Source of the DNA: the human T2T-CHM13v2.0 reference genome, Homo sapiens
Direction: 5' to 3' (one strand)
Assembly: GCF_009914755.1 (NCBI RefSeq)
Contig: NC_060927.1
Length of the DNA: 64,000 nucleotides
Shown here one piece after another: positions 33,501 through 48,307 of the stretch (positions are counted from its first letter, which is position 1; every line of letters starts with the position of its first letter). A program made the translations under genes and the position numbers. Below the pieces are notes generated by a model that did no database searches, was not told where the DNA came from, and was given only the letters and a program-made list of their open reading frames with translations.

Positions 33501-36252
33501 GACTTGTCCAGTTTTTGGACAGGTAAAATGGAATTGTAAGGAGAGTTTATAGGCTTTAAAAGGCCATGCTGTAACAGGCAAGTGATAACAGGCTTTAATC
33601 CTTTTAAAGTATGCTGTGGGATGGGATATTGGCCTTAAGCAGGGTAAGAGTGATTAGTTTTTAATGGGATGGTAAGGGGGTGCATGATTGGTCACCAAGA
33701 AGGGAGTAGAGGTGTCCTATGCTTGTGGATTAAGGTGGGGAGACACAAGGGGAGGATGTGAAGGAGGCTTTGAACTGGGGGAAAGGGCGGCAATGAGGTG
33801 TGGCTGTAGCCTAGGAATAGTCAGGAAAGCAGATAATTTAGTTAAAATGCCTCAACCTAATAAGGGAACTGGGCAGGTGGGAATAACTAAAAAGTAGTGC
33901 ATAAAAGAATATTGTCCAAGTTGGCACCAGAGTTGGGGAGTTTTAAGAGGTTTAGAAGCCTGGCCGTCAATACCCACAACAGTTATGGAGGCAAGGGAAA
34001 CAGGCCCTTGAAAAGAAGGTAATGTGGAGTGGGTAGCCTCTGTATTAAGAAGGGGACGGACTTACCCTCCACTGTAAGAGTTACCCAAAGTGTCTGTGAT
34101 GGTCCAGGAGGCTTCCGAGGCCATCAGGCAGCATCAGTCTTCAGCCACTAAGCTGAGAAGATCTGGGAAGGAGTCAGTCAGAGAGCCTTGGGGCAGAGTT
34201 CCAGGGGCTCTGGGAACAGCTCCCGGGCAAGTTGGACAGTCCGATTTCCAGTGGGGTCCCACACAGATGGGACACGGCCTAGGAGGAATCCTGGGCTGCA
34301 GGCATTCCTTGGCCCAGTGGCCAGATTTCTAGCACTTGAAGCAAGATCCTGGGGGAGGAGGTCCTGAAGGAATGCCTGGCCACTGTGGCTTAGGTGTTTT
34401 GAAGTTCTTGTGTGCTGGAGATGTGGCTGGGGTTTCTCTCACAGCAGAGGCAAGTAATTGCAACTCTTCTCTATTATTGTACACCTTGAAGGCAAGGTTA
34501 TTTAAGTCCTGTTGTGGGGTTTGAGGGCCGGAATTTAATTTTTGGAGCTTTTTCTAATGTCGGGAGCAGATTGGGTAATAAAATGCATATTGAGAATAAG
34601 ATGGCCTTCTGGCCCCTCTGGGTCTAGGGCAGTAAAGCGTCTAAAGGTTGCTGCTAAACGAGCCATGAACTGGGCTGGGTTTTTATATTTGATGAAAAAG
34701 CCTAAGTGCTAACTGATTTGGGAAAGGTCTGATAGAGAAAAAAGGAGCATTAACCTTGACTATGCCTTTAGCTCCAGCCACCTCTTTAAGAGGAAATTGT
34801 TGGGCAGGTAGGGGAGGGCTAGTCACAGAACGAAACTGTAAGCTGGACCAGGGGTGAGGAGGGGAGGTGATAGAAGAATTATAGGGTTGGGGAGCGGAGG
34901 CTAAGGAAGAATTGGGACCTGGCTTGGCCTGGCAAGGAGCAGCCTGGGGAGGAGGGGAGAGGTCAGATGGGTCCACAGAAAAGGAGGATTTAAAGAACTC
35001 AGAGTTTGGGGTGGAGACTGAAGGAACAGATAAGAGAGAAAGAAGAAAGATTTGGGATGAGTCACATTGGAAGCAGAGATTAGGAAGGGACCGACGTGTA
35101 AAAGAATGCCTGGACATCAGACATCTCAGACCATTTGCCCATTTTACTACAAGAATTATCTAGATCTTGTAGGATGGATAAATTGAAAGTGCCGTTTTCT
35201 GGCTACTTGGAACTATTGTCAAGCGGTATTGCAGAAGAAAATAAGGCGTTTAGGTTTTAGGTTAGGTGTGAGTTGAAGAGGTTTTAAGTTCTTGAGAACA
35301 CAGGCTAAGGGAGAAGAAGGAGGAATGGAGGGTAGAAGGTTGCCCATAGTGAAGGAGGCAAGCCTAGAGAAAAGAGAGGGTAGAGACATGGAGAGAGGGG
35401 GATACTTACCCCCCAGGGGAGGTTATGCTTGCCACCAAAGTGAAGGATCAAGGCAGGTGTCCCCGTGGTGATAACACACCTCTGAAATGTGGGTGAATAA
35501 TCAGGCAGGCGTCCCCACAGTGATTAAACACCAAGGGAAGACTGTCTTCCCGAGTCTGTGACTGGTGCCGGAGTTTTGGGTTCACGGATAAAACACGTCT
35601 CCTCTGTCTCTACCAGAAAGGGAAAGGAACTGAAATTAAGGGAAGGGAGAGATTGAAGGGTGGCACCAAAATTGAAAGGAGAAAGAAGTTGAGGGATAGT
35701 GAGAGAGGTTGGAGAAGAGAGTAGAAAGAGGCCGCTTACCCGATTTAAAATTGGTGAGATGTTCCTTGGGCTGGTTGGTCTGAGGACCCGAGGTCATAGG
35801 TGGATCTTTCTTACGGAGCAAAGAGCAGGGGGACAGGGGATTGATCTCCCAAGGGAGATCCCCCGATCCGAGTCATAGCACCAAATGTCATGTGCGTCTG
35901 TGTGAAGAGACCACCAAACAGGCTTTGTGTGGGCAATAAAGCTTTTTAATCACCTGGGTGCAGGCAGGCTGAGTCCGAAAAGAGAGTCAGCAAAGGGAGT
36001 TAGGGGTGGGGCAGTTTTATAGGATTTGGGTAGGTAGTGAAAAATTACAGTCAAACGGGGTTGTTCTCTTGAGGGCAGGGGCGAGGGTCACAAGGTGCTC
36101 AGTGGGGGAGCTTCTGAGCCAGGAGAAGAAGTTTCACGAGGTAATGTCATCAGTTAAGGCAAGAACCACTCATTTTCACTTCTTTTGTGATTCTTCAGTT
36201 ACTTCAGGCCATCTGGATGTGTATGTGCAGGCTTGGGCTCAGAGGCCTGACA
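30517..36252 (-). mobile_element. HERV-H provirus, common deleted ~5.7-kb form, antisense in TCAIM intron 1
   Basis: LTR7-family LTRs 30517-30885 and 35886-36252 (TGTCAGGCCTCTGAGCCCAAGC..); 5-bp TSD ATTAC; His PBS TGGTGCTATGACTCGGAT at 35866-35883; PPT AAGAAGACAGGAA; decayed gag, RT (LPQAFRDSPHYF, YFDD), integrase (WVDTFTGW..SDNGPAF) and env tail. Confidence 0.95.
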
Positions 36253-36284
36253 ATTACCTCCCGAAGGCCCCACTTCCTTCTTTT

Positions 36285-37738
<1,454 letters not shown>

Positions 37739-38322
37739 TGAAGTATCCATTTTTGTTTAAGAATGTACTTTTAAAAAAGATAATTCCTGATTTTTCATTT
37801 AAAATTTTCTATCATTCTATTAATAACAGTTATGCTTCATTAGATTTCTTCACATATATTGACCACTTCACTAACATATATGTTATGTATATATTATATG
37901 TTAGTTATATATGTATTATATATAAAGTCATATATATGTGTGTGTGTATATATATATATATTATATATATAAAACATTTTGGTACTTAAAATGTGACAGA
38001 ATAGGACTTTAGCCATGTGGTGATTGTTTTGAGAGAACGTGCTACTCAGCAGCTCTCCACAAGAATGGAATAATGGAAAACAGAAAAAGCTCAGAGCTCA
38101 ATTACATGGGGGAGAAAAGAATTTTTTATCTGATGGTTATTATGCAAATAATAGGGCCTTGCAAGACTTTAATAAGGTACTGCTCATAGGATTTTAAAAA
38201 TCATTTGGTCAGTTGATATGGAGACTGTAGTATATTCGAATATCTTGCTAAAGAGCTACATTATTGGAAAAGTTCATGTGATTCAAATCCTTTCCCCCAC
38301 TTTTATCTCCATAGCTTGTTTT

Positions 38323-40575
38323 AAAAATAGACTTTAATTTTCAGAGCAATTTTAGGTTCACAGCAAAATTTAGCAGAAAGTAAAGAGAGTTTCATATACT
38401 CACATCCCTACTCACGCATAACCTCCCTCACTATCAGCATCCACACCAAAATGGTATATTTATTACAGTCAATCTACATTGACACATCCTTATCACCCAA
38501 AGTCCATGCTTTACCTTAGGGTTCACTTGGTGTTGTCCATTCTAAGGATTTTGACAAACGTTGACAAATGTTGCTTCCACCATTTTAGTATCGTTCATAC
38601 AGAATAGTTTCACTGCCCTAAAAATCCTCTGAGCTCTGCCTGTTCATCCCTCCCTATCGATTAACCACAGATCTTTTTATACTGTCTTCAGACTTCTTGC
38701 CTTTCCCAGACTGCTTGGAATTCATATGCTTGGAATCATATGCTTGGAATCATACAGTATACAGCCTTTTCAGATTGACTTCTTTTTTTTTTTTTTTTTT
38801 TGAGACAGTTTTTGCTCCTGTTGCCCATACTGGAGTGCAAAGACGCGATCTCGGCTCACTGCAACCCTCTGATTCCTGGGTTCAAGCAATTCTCCTGCCT
38901 CAGCCTCACAAGTAGCTGGGATTACAGGCGCCCACCACACCTGGCTAATTTTTGTATTTTTTAGTAGAGACAGGGTTTCACCGTGTTGGTCAGGCTGGTC
39001 TCTAACTCCTGACCTCAGGTGATCCGCCTGCCTCAGCCTCCCACAGTGCTGGGATTACAGGCATGAGCCACCGCGCCTGGCCAACTTCTTTAACTTAGTC
39101 AGTTAAGTTTCCTCCCTGACTTTTTTTTAGCCTGAATAATATTCAATTGTCTGGATATACCACAGTTTATCCATTTACTTACTGAAGGACATCGTGGTTG
39201 CTTCCAAGTTTTAGCAGTTATAAATAAAGCCTCTGTAAACACCTGTGCGCTAGTTGTTGTGTGGACATAGTTTTCAGTTTGTTTTGTAAATTACCAAGGA
39301 CTACTATTGCTGTATAGTATGGTAAGAGTATGTTTAGTTTTGTAAGAAATTGCCATACTGTCTTCCAAAGTGGCTGCACCTGTTTGCATTCTCCCTTCCC
39401 ACTAGCAGTGAATGAGAGTTGCTGTTGCCACACATCCTTATCAGCAGGTGTTGTCAATGTTTTGGATTTTGGCCATTCTAATAGATTTGCAGTGGCATCT
39501 CACTTATTTTAATTTGCAGTTGTCTGACAACACATGATGTTGAACTGCATTTCATATGCTCATTTGCCATCTGTATGTCTTCTTGGTGAGGTGTCTGTTA
39601 AGGTTTTTTGCCCATTTTTGATTGGGTTGCTTGTTTTCTCATTGTTAAGCTTTAGGAGTTCTTTGTACATTTTGGATAATAGTTTGTTATCAGATGTGTC
39701 TTTTGGAAATGTTTTCTCCAGGTGTGTGGCTTTTCTTCTCATTCTCTTGACATTGTCTTTCACAGAGCAGAATTTTTCAGTTTTACTGAAGTCCAGCTTA
39801 CCAGTTAAGCTGGATAGTGCCTTTGTTGTTATAACTAAATAGTCATTTCTATCCCCAAGGTCATCTAGATTTTCTCTTTTGTTATCTTCTAGGAGTTTTA
39901 TAGCATTTTATATTTAGGTCTGTGACCCATTTTGAGTTAATTTTTGTGAACAATGTAAGGTCTGTGTCCAGGTTAATTTTTTCGCATGTGGATGTACGAT
40001 TGTTTTAGTGTCATTTGTTGAACAAGCTGTCTTTGCTCCACTGGATTGCCTTTGTTCCTTTGCCAAAGATTAGTTGACTTTATTTGTATGAATCTATTTC
40101 TGGGCTCTCTATTCTGTTTCATGGATCTATTCATTCTTTCACCAACACCGCGCTGTCTTGACTACTGTAGCTTTAGAGTAAGTCTTGAAATAAAGTAGTA
40201 TCACTTTTCCACCTTTGTTCTCCTTCCTTATTGAGTTGGCTACTCTCTGGGTCTTTTGTCTCTCTTTATAAACTTTAGAATCCATTTGTCAGTATCCACA
40301 AACTAACTTGCTGGGATTTTGATTGGAATTTCATTGAATCTATAGATCAAGTTGGGAAGAATGACATCTTGACAATATTGAGTCTTGCTATCCATGAACA
40401 TGGAGTATCTCTCCATTTATTTAGTCTTCCTGTTTCCTTCATCTGAGTTTGTAGTTTTCCTTATCTAGATCTTATACATATTTTATAAGATTAATAACTA
40501 AGTATTTCATATTTTGGGGTGATAATATAAATCGCAATGTGTTTTACATTTAAAATTCTACTTGTTCATTTGTGA
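38323..40575 (-). mobile_element. L1MC-like 3' fragment with nested reverse Alu (38783-39082)
   Basis: TTTTAGGTTCACAGCAAAATT 3' end; ORF2 C-terminal remnants (track ORFs 39218-39763). Confidence 0.85.
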
Positions 40576-40638
40576 TATCTGCTTAACTTTTAAGCAATTA
40601 ATGGATGCCTCGAAGTTGACGTACATATATATTCAGAA

Positions 40639-40667
40639 ATGTTTTGCCACCTGAGACCTATGAGGAG
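40639..40667 (+). CDS. TCAIM: TCAIM first coding exon (exon ~40595-40667), MFCHLRPMRR, mitochondrial presequence start
   Basis: TTTTAAG acceptor at 40594; GAAATGT start; GAG|GTAAGC donor; joins the next exon in frame. Confidence 0.9.
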
Positions 40668-42098
40668 GTAAGCATCATGGTCCAATCTGTAATTAGTATT
40701 GTGGCGGGGGGAGGTCTGTTATGCATTTGGTTTATTTCAGTTTGTTATTATTTTTCCAATTCTGAAGTTATATTATGGTGGAAAGCTGGAACAAAAAGAA
40801 AGAAAATTTATATGAGAAGACAGGTCCTCCAAGAGTACATTCAGAGTAGAAGGTGAAAAGAATACTGTCCTTCAGAAGAGTTAGGTGTGAAAAGCTTAAA
40901 AGGAAAAACAGATCAAGTTTCCTCTTAACACAATTCACTTTATGGTATTATGTTTCAAGCATCTAGGGCACACAGTTTCTTTTCTTTAGAGTTTAAAAGA
41001 GGGAGAGACTAATGAGAATACAAAAGGGAAGGTTCTGGGGGAATAGATACAATGCCTCCTGGCGCATGGCAGGTGTGCAGTAATTGTTCAATTTGGATAG
41101 GTAAAATGCAGGTCAGGGAGGATGCATTAGGGCTTAGAAATTATGTAGGACAGAAAGGGGAGAATGAGGAAGATTCTTGGGAGCTGGAACTGAGGGTTTG
41201 TATAAGGAGTGGTTGGAGATCAAGTTGGAAAGATAGATGGGGAAACCATGAAAGAGGGTTTCAAATACCAGACTAAGGAGTGGATTTATTCTGCAGGAAT
41301 TAGGGCACCACCAAAGCTGTTTGAGTAAGGAATACAGTGATGGTGGAATTTTAAGAAAGTTAATCTGTTGGTGATACCCAATATGGTTGGAGAAAAGGAC
41401 AGCAGAGTAGACTAATTATGTACAGTCCAGTTTTGTAGTGATGATAATTGATAGCAGAGAAAGTGGAAAGAAGGAATGATTTCATTGAACATTGTAAAGT
41501 GAGAAGACTTTACTAACTGATAGTGAATGGGGGTAGTGAACTAATTTGGGTTTTGTGCTTTGCAACATTGAGAAAGGTGGTACCACAATAACAAAAATAA
41601 GGAAGATAATCCTGGATTGAGTTGCTAACTGCTCCCTGGCCTTCTGTAACCAGGCTGAATTTAGAAAGATAATAATGACTCATACTCCTTTTTTAGATAT
41701 GTAAAATTTGAGCAGCTGGCAGGAGAGCTAAGTGTATGTCAGACGTTGGGAAATGAGAACGGAAGCTCAGAGGGATAAGTGGAGTTGCCACTGTGGTTTA
41801 CTTAGACTAGCTCATATTTAATCCTGGCTGATTCTTTCCTTTACTTTAAACTCCTGTTCTAATCTTTGATGTACAAATCCATATATTGACTTTATAAAAG
41901 GTTCAAATATATAGGAGAAACAAAAGATAATCTGCAAATAGGTTGGTGGTCTCCAGATTGTTTAAAAATCACCAGAAATGATTCCACAATCTCTACCATT
42001 TTAAAAACATAAAACTTTTCTAAAGACTTGTCACACCTAATGTATGAGAACAAAAGCATGTGCAATGTTTAGAGACTTCATTATAAAAAGCTTAGGTT

Positions 42099-43210
<1,112 letters not shown>

Positions 43211-43599
43211 AGAGAGAAAGAGATAGATATAGACAGATATATATAGAAAGAGAGAGAATTACACTATTGGATATTAAGATTTTTTGATCTGAATAAGAAA
43301 CTTATAAAGAAAATTGTTATCATTTGCAGTGAAGTCAGCTGAATTTCAAAGTGGAGTATTGAGGGGAAATTATTATGTTATTTAATATTTCTCATTTTGC
43401 ACCAGAAAAATTTATAACCACTGTTTTAGAAACCATGTGGTACTCACTGCTTGTAAAACTAATAGATTTCAGAAAACCACAAAGTATCTATCTTGTTTCT
43501 GCTGTGCATAGTACGTTTAGTTTTATTGTCACTTATACATTGAGGATTTGTGTGTGTGTGAGTGCCTCAATGAATAACCAGTCCACATCTTTTTAAAAG

Positions 43600-43735
43600 G
43601 TTATGTCTAGAGAAGATATTTCCACACTGGTTTCCCTTTTCAAGAGCTTTATCGGGAGCTGAAGCAGTCAATGCCTTGAGGCCTTTCTATTTTGCAGTAC
43701 ATCCAGATTTCTTTGGACAGCACCCCGTAGAAAGG
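43600..43735 (+). CDS. TCAIM: TCAIM coding exon, LCLEKIFPHW..FYFAVHPDFFGQHPVER (J-domain-like HPD motif)
   Basis: AAAAG acceptor; AGG|GTAAAC donor; 136 nt; not in the ORF track but translates cleanly in phase. Confidence 0.92.
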
Positions 43736-44075
43736 GTAAACATTTATTTATTTTTAAACCATTAGTGTACATTTCTGCTTATTTACCTTTGATACAATAT
43801 AATACATAGAGTTCTATAAATGTGGATTATTCTGTTGTGGTGATATAATCAATGCTTTGAACTAATTTGAAATGTAGATACTGAAAATTGAAAATAGAGC
43901 TTTTTTTATGAAAGCTGTCATTGTTTTGTGCAGGCAATAAAGCTGTCATTTAAACTCTTTAGAGTACTAGTAATCATGTTTTTGGTACCAATTTTTGAAG
44001 TACAGTTGAGGGTTTGAAAGAAAACTTGAGACCTCTATTATCATGATCAATCTCTCTCTCTTTTTTTTTTTTAAG

Positions 44076-44123
44076 GATGATACATGGAAGAGTTTTCAAT
44101 GCCCTAGTGATTTTTCCTTATGA
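44076..44123 (+). CDS. TCAIM: TCAIM alternative terminal exon, DDTWKSFQCPSDFSL* (70-aa isoform); 3' UTR to ~44890
   Basis: Long CT/T tract + TAAG acceptor; phase 0; AATAAA at 44865. Confidence 0.7.
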   Translation, partial: DDTWKSFQCPSDFSL

Positions 44124-44249
44124 TGCATGCTGCTGGACCACTCCCCTACAACATCAGTTAATGTGTGCTCCAGGAATACAAACTGATATGAAAAATGACT
44201 TATGGTAGATGTAGTTAAGACAGTCAATATATTTTAACATTAGAAAATA

Positions 44250-44587
44250 CAGTCAGTCCTTCATATCCATGGGTTTTACATCCATGGATTCAACCAACCT
44301 CAGACTGAAAATATTAGGGGAAAAAAATACATCTGTACTACACATGAACAAACTTCTCTTTCTTGTCATTATTCCCTGAACAACACAGGATAACAACTAC
44401 TTACATAGCACTTACATTATATTAGATATTATAAGTAATCTAGAAATGACTTAAAGTATATGGGAGGATACACATAGGTTATTTGCAAATACTACACTAT
44501 TTTATATGAGAGACTTGAGCATTCGCAGATTTCGGTATCCACGGGAGGTCCTGGAACCAATCCCCTATGGATACCAAGGGACTGCTA
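44250..44587 (-). mobile_element. MER2 (Tigger-family MITE) in the short-isoform 3' UTR
   Basis: TA-preceded CAGTCAGTCCTTCATATCCATGGG ... CCTGGAACCAATCCCC..GGATACC.AGGGAC. Confidence 0.8.
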
Positions 44588-45108
44588 TGTATTACAAAGC
44601 CACATGCTTTGGAATTACTTCAGTGTTCCTTCTATTTTCATTAACACTGATATCTAGTTTAATATGAAAAGGAACTTGAAATCTTGAAAATTAGAACATC
44701 GTTATTTTTTTCTACTTGCAATGGAAAATCTATTTTGCTTTTTTGCTTCTAGGAAAATATTCTGATTATGATATGTGATATGTTGGCTACTCAAAGTCAG
44801 AACTTTTCAAAGTAATCAGTAAATTGAATCAACAGAAAAATATTCATTAACTCGGGGATGCATTAATAAAGTTTTTAAATTCAAAATGTATAGAAAAATC
44901 AAGCTTAGTAATACTTTAATATTATTCTACCAATGTATTTTTTTTAATTAAGACTTCTGTATGCAGCAGGGCATGGTGGCACACCTGTAGTCCCAGCTAC
45001 TAGGGAGGCTGAGGCAGGAGGATTACTTGAGCCCAGGAATTCAAGCCTGGGCAACATAGTGAGTCCTCATCTCCTAAATTTAAAAAACAAACAACAAAAA
45101 CTTCTACG

Positions 45109-45733
45109 TGTGGTAAAGGGTTAACTCAGCAAGCTTGGGTTGCTTAAACCTTGCACATTCCAAAGAAAGGTCTGACCCCAGTGCTGACCTTTGACTGGCT
45201 ACTGGGAAATGAGCTCTGAGCCCCTGGATAGGAATGTTTCTGTTTGCCTGAGGCCTTTGACCATGCCAGATAGTTTATGCTAACAATGTGATTTATAGTG
45301 AATACCTGTTTTCCTGTGTCTAAGACCCTGGGCTGCACTGTATTAATTTGACCTTGGGTATTTGGGGAGCTGAGACTGAGTAGCTGAAGTGAGTCACATA
45401 AGCACTAAATGCTTACCTGACTGACCCCCAGTAAAACTCTGGACATCCAGACTTGGATGAGCTTCCTTGGGTGGCAACACTTTTACGTATTGTCACACAC
45501 CATTGCTGGGGGGATTAAGCACTGTCTGTAAAACTCCACTGTGAAATGACAACTGGAAACTTGCACGTGGTCTCTCCTGATTCTGCTCTATTCACCTTTT
45601 CCCTTTGCTGATTTTAATCTCTATTCTTTTGTTGTAATAAACCATAATGGTGAATAAAACAGCTTGTCTGAGTTCTGTGAATCCTTCTAGTAAATCGTTG
45701 AACCTGAGAGTGGTCTTGGGGACCCCTGACACA
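45109..45733. mobile_element. ERVL solo LTR (MER77/MER68-like)
   Basis: TGTGGTAAAGGGTTAACTCAGC start; GTGGTCTTGGGGACCCCTGACACA end; internal AATAAA. Confidence 0.7.
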
Positions 45734-46457
45734 ATGTGCCTAGAGTTTAATGGTTCTGATAAGTTTACATTTTCGTGTTATCTTTAACTTGTATTTATTG
45801 ACTCCTCCTTTGTGTCAAGCCCTTGCCCTAGCTGCTGCCTCTGTTTAGAGCATCCTTTTCCCAGATATCCCAGATATGGCTTGTCCTTTACTTTCTCACC
45901 TTTCAGTGAGGCTCTCCCAGACTACACTATTACTTGTGTTTGTTTTGTTTTGTTTTGTTTTTAAAACTACCCTATTTTAAATTGCCATCTCTGCTTTCCT
46001 TCCTAGCATTCCGTCCCCTCTTTACCCTGCAGTACTTGTTTTTTTTTCCTTTCCATGTACCCTATTTCCTTATTTGTGAGGTTTGTTGTTTATTTTTCTC
46101 CCCTCACTAAAATGCAAGCTCCATGAAGACTGTTCACTCTTCTTGTCACTCTTCTTGCCACCACATGTTCAGTTCAGTCTTCTTCCTACTATTAGAGAAC
46201 ACCCTTGCCCCTTTTCTTAGGAAGAGTGGCTTAAAGTCCCATCTATTCATAGCATCGAACTCAAAGTCCAGGGTTTCCCAGTGATGCACAGGATTTTTGG
46301 GTTTTTTAAAAAATCCTCTTTAATTTAATTTAAAAATCTGCAAAACATTGTGGGTTTAAAAAAAAAATCAAAACTAAATACAAAGTTTAATGAGAAGTCT
46401 CATTCCTATATTCCTGTTTCGTTTACCCAATTCCTATTCACTTCCTATATATAATCT

Positions 46458-46765
46458 TTTTTTTTTTTTAATTTTTTTGGAGACAGAGTCTTGCTCTGTC
46501 ACCCAGGCGGGGAGTGTGGTGGCACCATCAAGGGGCTCACTGCAGCCTCGAACTCCTGGGCTTAAGTGATCCTCCTACCTCAGCCTCCTGAGTAGCTGGG
46601 ACCACAAGCATGTACCACCGTGCCCAACTACTTTTTGTATTTTTTGTAGAGTCGAGGTTTCACCATGTTGCCCGGGCTGTTCTCAAACTCCTGAGTTCAG
46701 GCAATCTGCCTACCTCAGCCTCCCAAAAACTGCTGGGATTATAGACATGAGCCACCACGTCCAGC
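46458..46765 (-). mobile_element. Alu (AluJ-like)
   Basis: Reverse dimer. Confidence 0.88.
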
Positions 46766-47223
46766 CTTCTTGTGTTGCTTTTCAGCAAAAATAGAAATAT
46801 TTATCAAAAAATAATGATGAAGATTTAGTCTTACACTGGCAATAATTATCCCACACTTGCCTGCAGGACTCATATGGCTAAGAACATCATATTAGAATAA
46901 ATTAAACAAACAATCATTTATTACTTTGGGATATTTAGTCATTGGCATTTTCTACATTTAGGTTATAAAGGAATTCAACCATGTTTTCTTCTATTACTTA
47001 TATGGTTACATCTTTTTACATCTTACCCATATGGAGTTCATTCTGTTACATGTTGTGAGATGTAGATCCAATTTTATCTTTTACCAAAGAGCTATGAAAT
47101 CCCAACATTTTTAAATACTAAATTATTTAATACTCTCAATGTGTTTAAAAGGTTAGATAGATATCATTTCTGATATTTCCTTGTTCTATTTTGTATGTAA
47201 ATGCCCTTAATGTTTTTTTCCAG

Positions 47224-47377
47224 GAAATCAATGAAAATTCTCTTAAAAGGTTAAGTGTCTACCTAGAAAACCTCCAGAAACCAGGCTTCAAGTCTTTGAA
47301 ACCAACTCAGCTTACATTTTATGTAAGAGAAACAGACCAGAGTTCCTCCGATGGCCAGGAACCTTTTAGTACTTCCG
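47224..47377 (+). CDS. TCAIM: TCAIM coding exon, EINENSLKRLSVYLENLQKP..EPFSTS
   Basis: TTTTTTTCCAG acceptor; CCG|GTACGT donor; 154 nt, phase 0/1. Confidence 0.92.
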
Positions 47378-48278
47378 GTACGTTTTTTATTTCTGGTGTG
47401 TCCCTTGCAAGCTTAATGTTAAATGTGTTCATTAATTTTGACATTGCCAGAATACCTTTGGATGAAAACTTTGGTGATAGAAAAATAATAGCATTTAATT
47501 GATTGTTTTCCTAGAATTAGATTCTATTCCTACCTGCATATGTTCGAACAAGTGATTTTTTGCGTGTTTAAACGTTTTTGTTTCTAAAACTAAAGTGTTC
47601 CTATTTGTTCCCTTACCAGTTCAGTGTTATTTTAAGTGTTAAACATGTCCAAACAATATGTATTTCTAAAAACTACAGCTTGCATTCTCTTATTTAGTCC
47701 TCTGAATACTCTGAGGCTGGTAGTACTTACCCAATTGTAACTTAGTGATGTTCAGTGCCTTTCCCAAGACCAGAGAGAAAGAATATGAGTCTTGAACCCA
47801 GGTCTTTGAACTCCAACCTTATGCTGCTTCTAAAATCCAATTGATCTTAGCAGACAGCCACCTTTTCACTACCTTTTGTCACTGCTTATCCATATTTAAA
47901 ATTAAGGACAAATATTTAGGGTAAAGATCACTAAAGGCCTATCATTTCTCTAATTATACATGCTTTTAATGATCCTTGAAGAAATAACTATATTTTTAGA
48001 ATGAACTTAAGACAATTTAAGGATTCACTGAGTGCTTTCTGTGAGTTAAGGCTAAAACAGGATACACTGTAATTTTTTTTTGAAACAAACTGTTATAAAA
48101 CTCAGAATTTGATAGGTCTTTGAGATCTAAAATCTGTTTCTAGCTCTGCCAGTGACCTAGCTGTGTGACCTTTAACTTTTGGGTGTTCATTTATTAAAAT
48201 GAAAGAGTTGGAGAACTGTGTAGAGGCCACTCACATGGAAGATCCCTAATTTACACCTCACCCTCCCCCGGCTCTCAG

Positions 48279-48307
48279 GACTTCAAATGGAAGGAGGAAG
48301 AGCTTGA
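48279..48307 (+). CDS. TCAIM: TCAIM alternative exon adding GLQMEGGRA* (115-aa product or poison exon)
   Basis: Branch-like CCCTAAT, pyrimidine tract, CTCTCAG acceptor; phase 1 fits; possible donor GAA|GTATGT at 48324. Confidence 0.5.

Noticed and set aside
32742-33581. 279-aa HERV-H pol ORF (longest in the window)
   Set aside because: Frameshift mosaic: the N-terminal RT motifs are in another frame (33017-33457) and there is no intact pol
35935-35940. Sense-strand AATAAA in the HERV-H 5' LTR as a cryptic TCAIM poly(A) site
   Set aside because: A single hexamer without a clear downstream GU/U element or upstream terminal-exon acceptor
38712-38754. Triplicated TGCTTGGAATCATA inside L1MC
   Set aside because: Ordinary slippage in a dead repeat; not a CRISPR-like array (no spacers)
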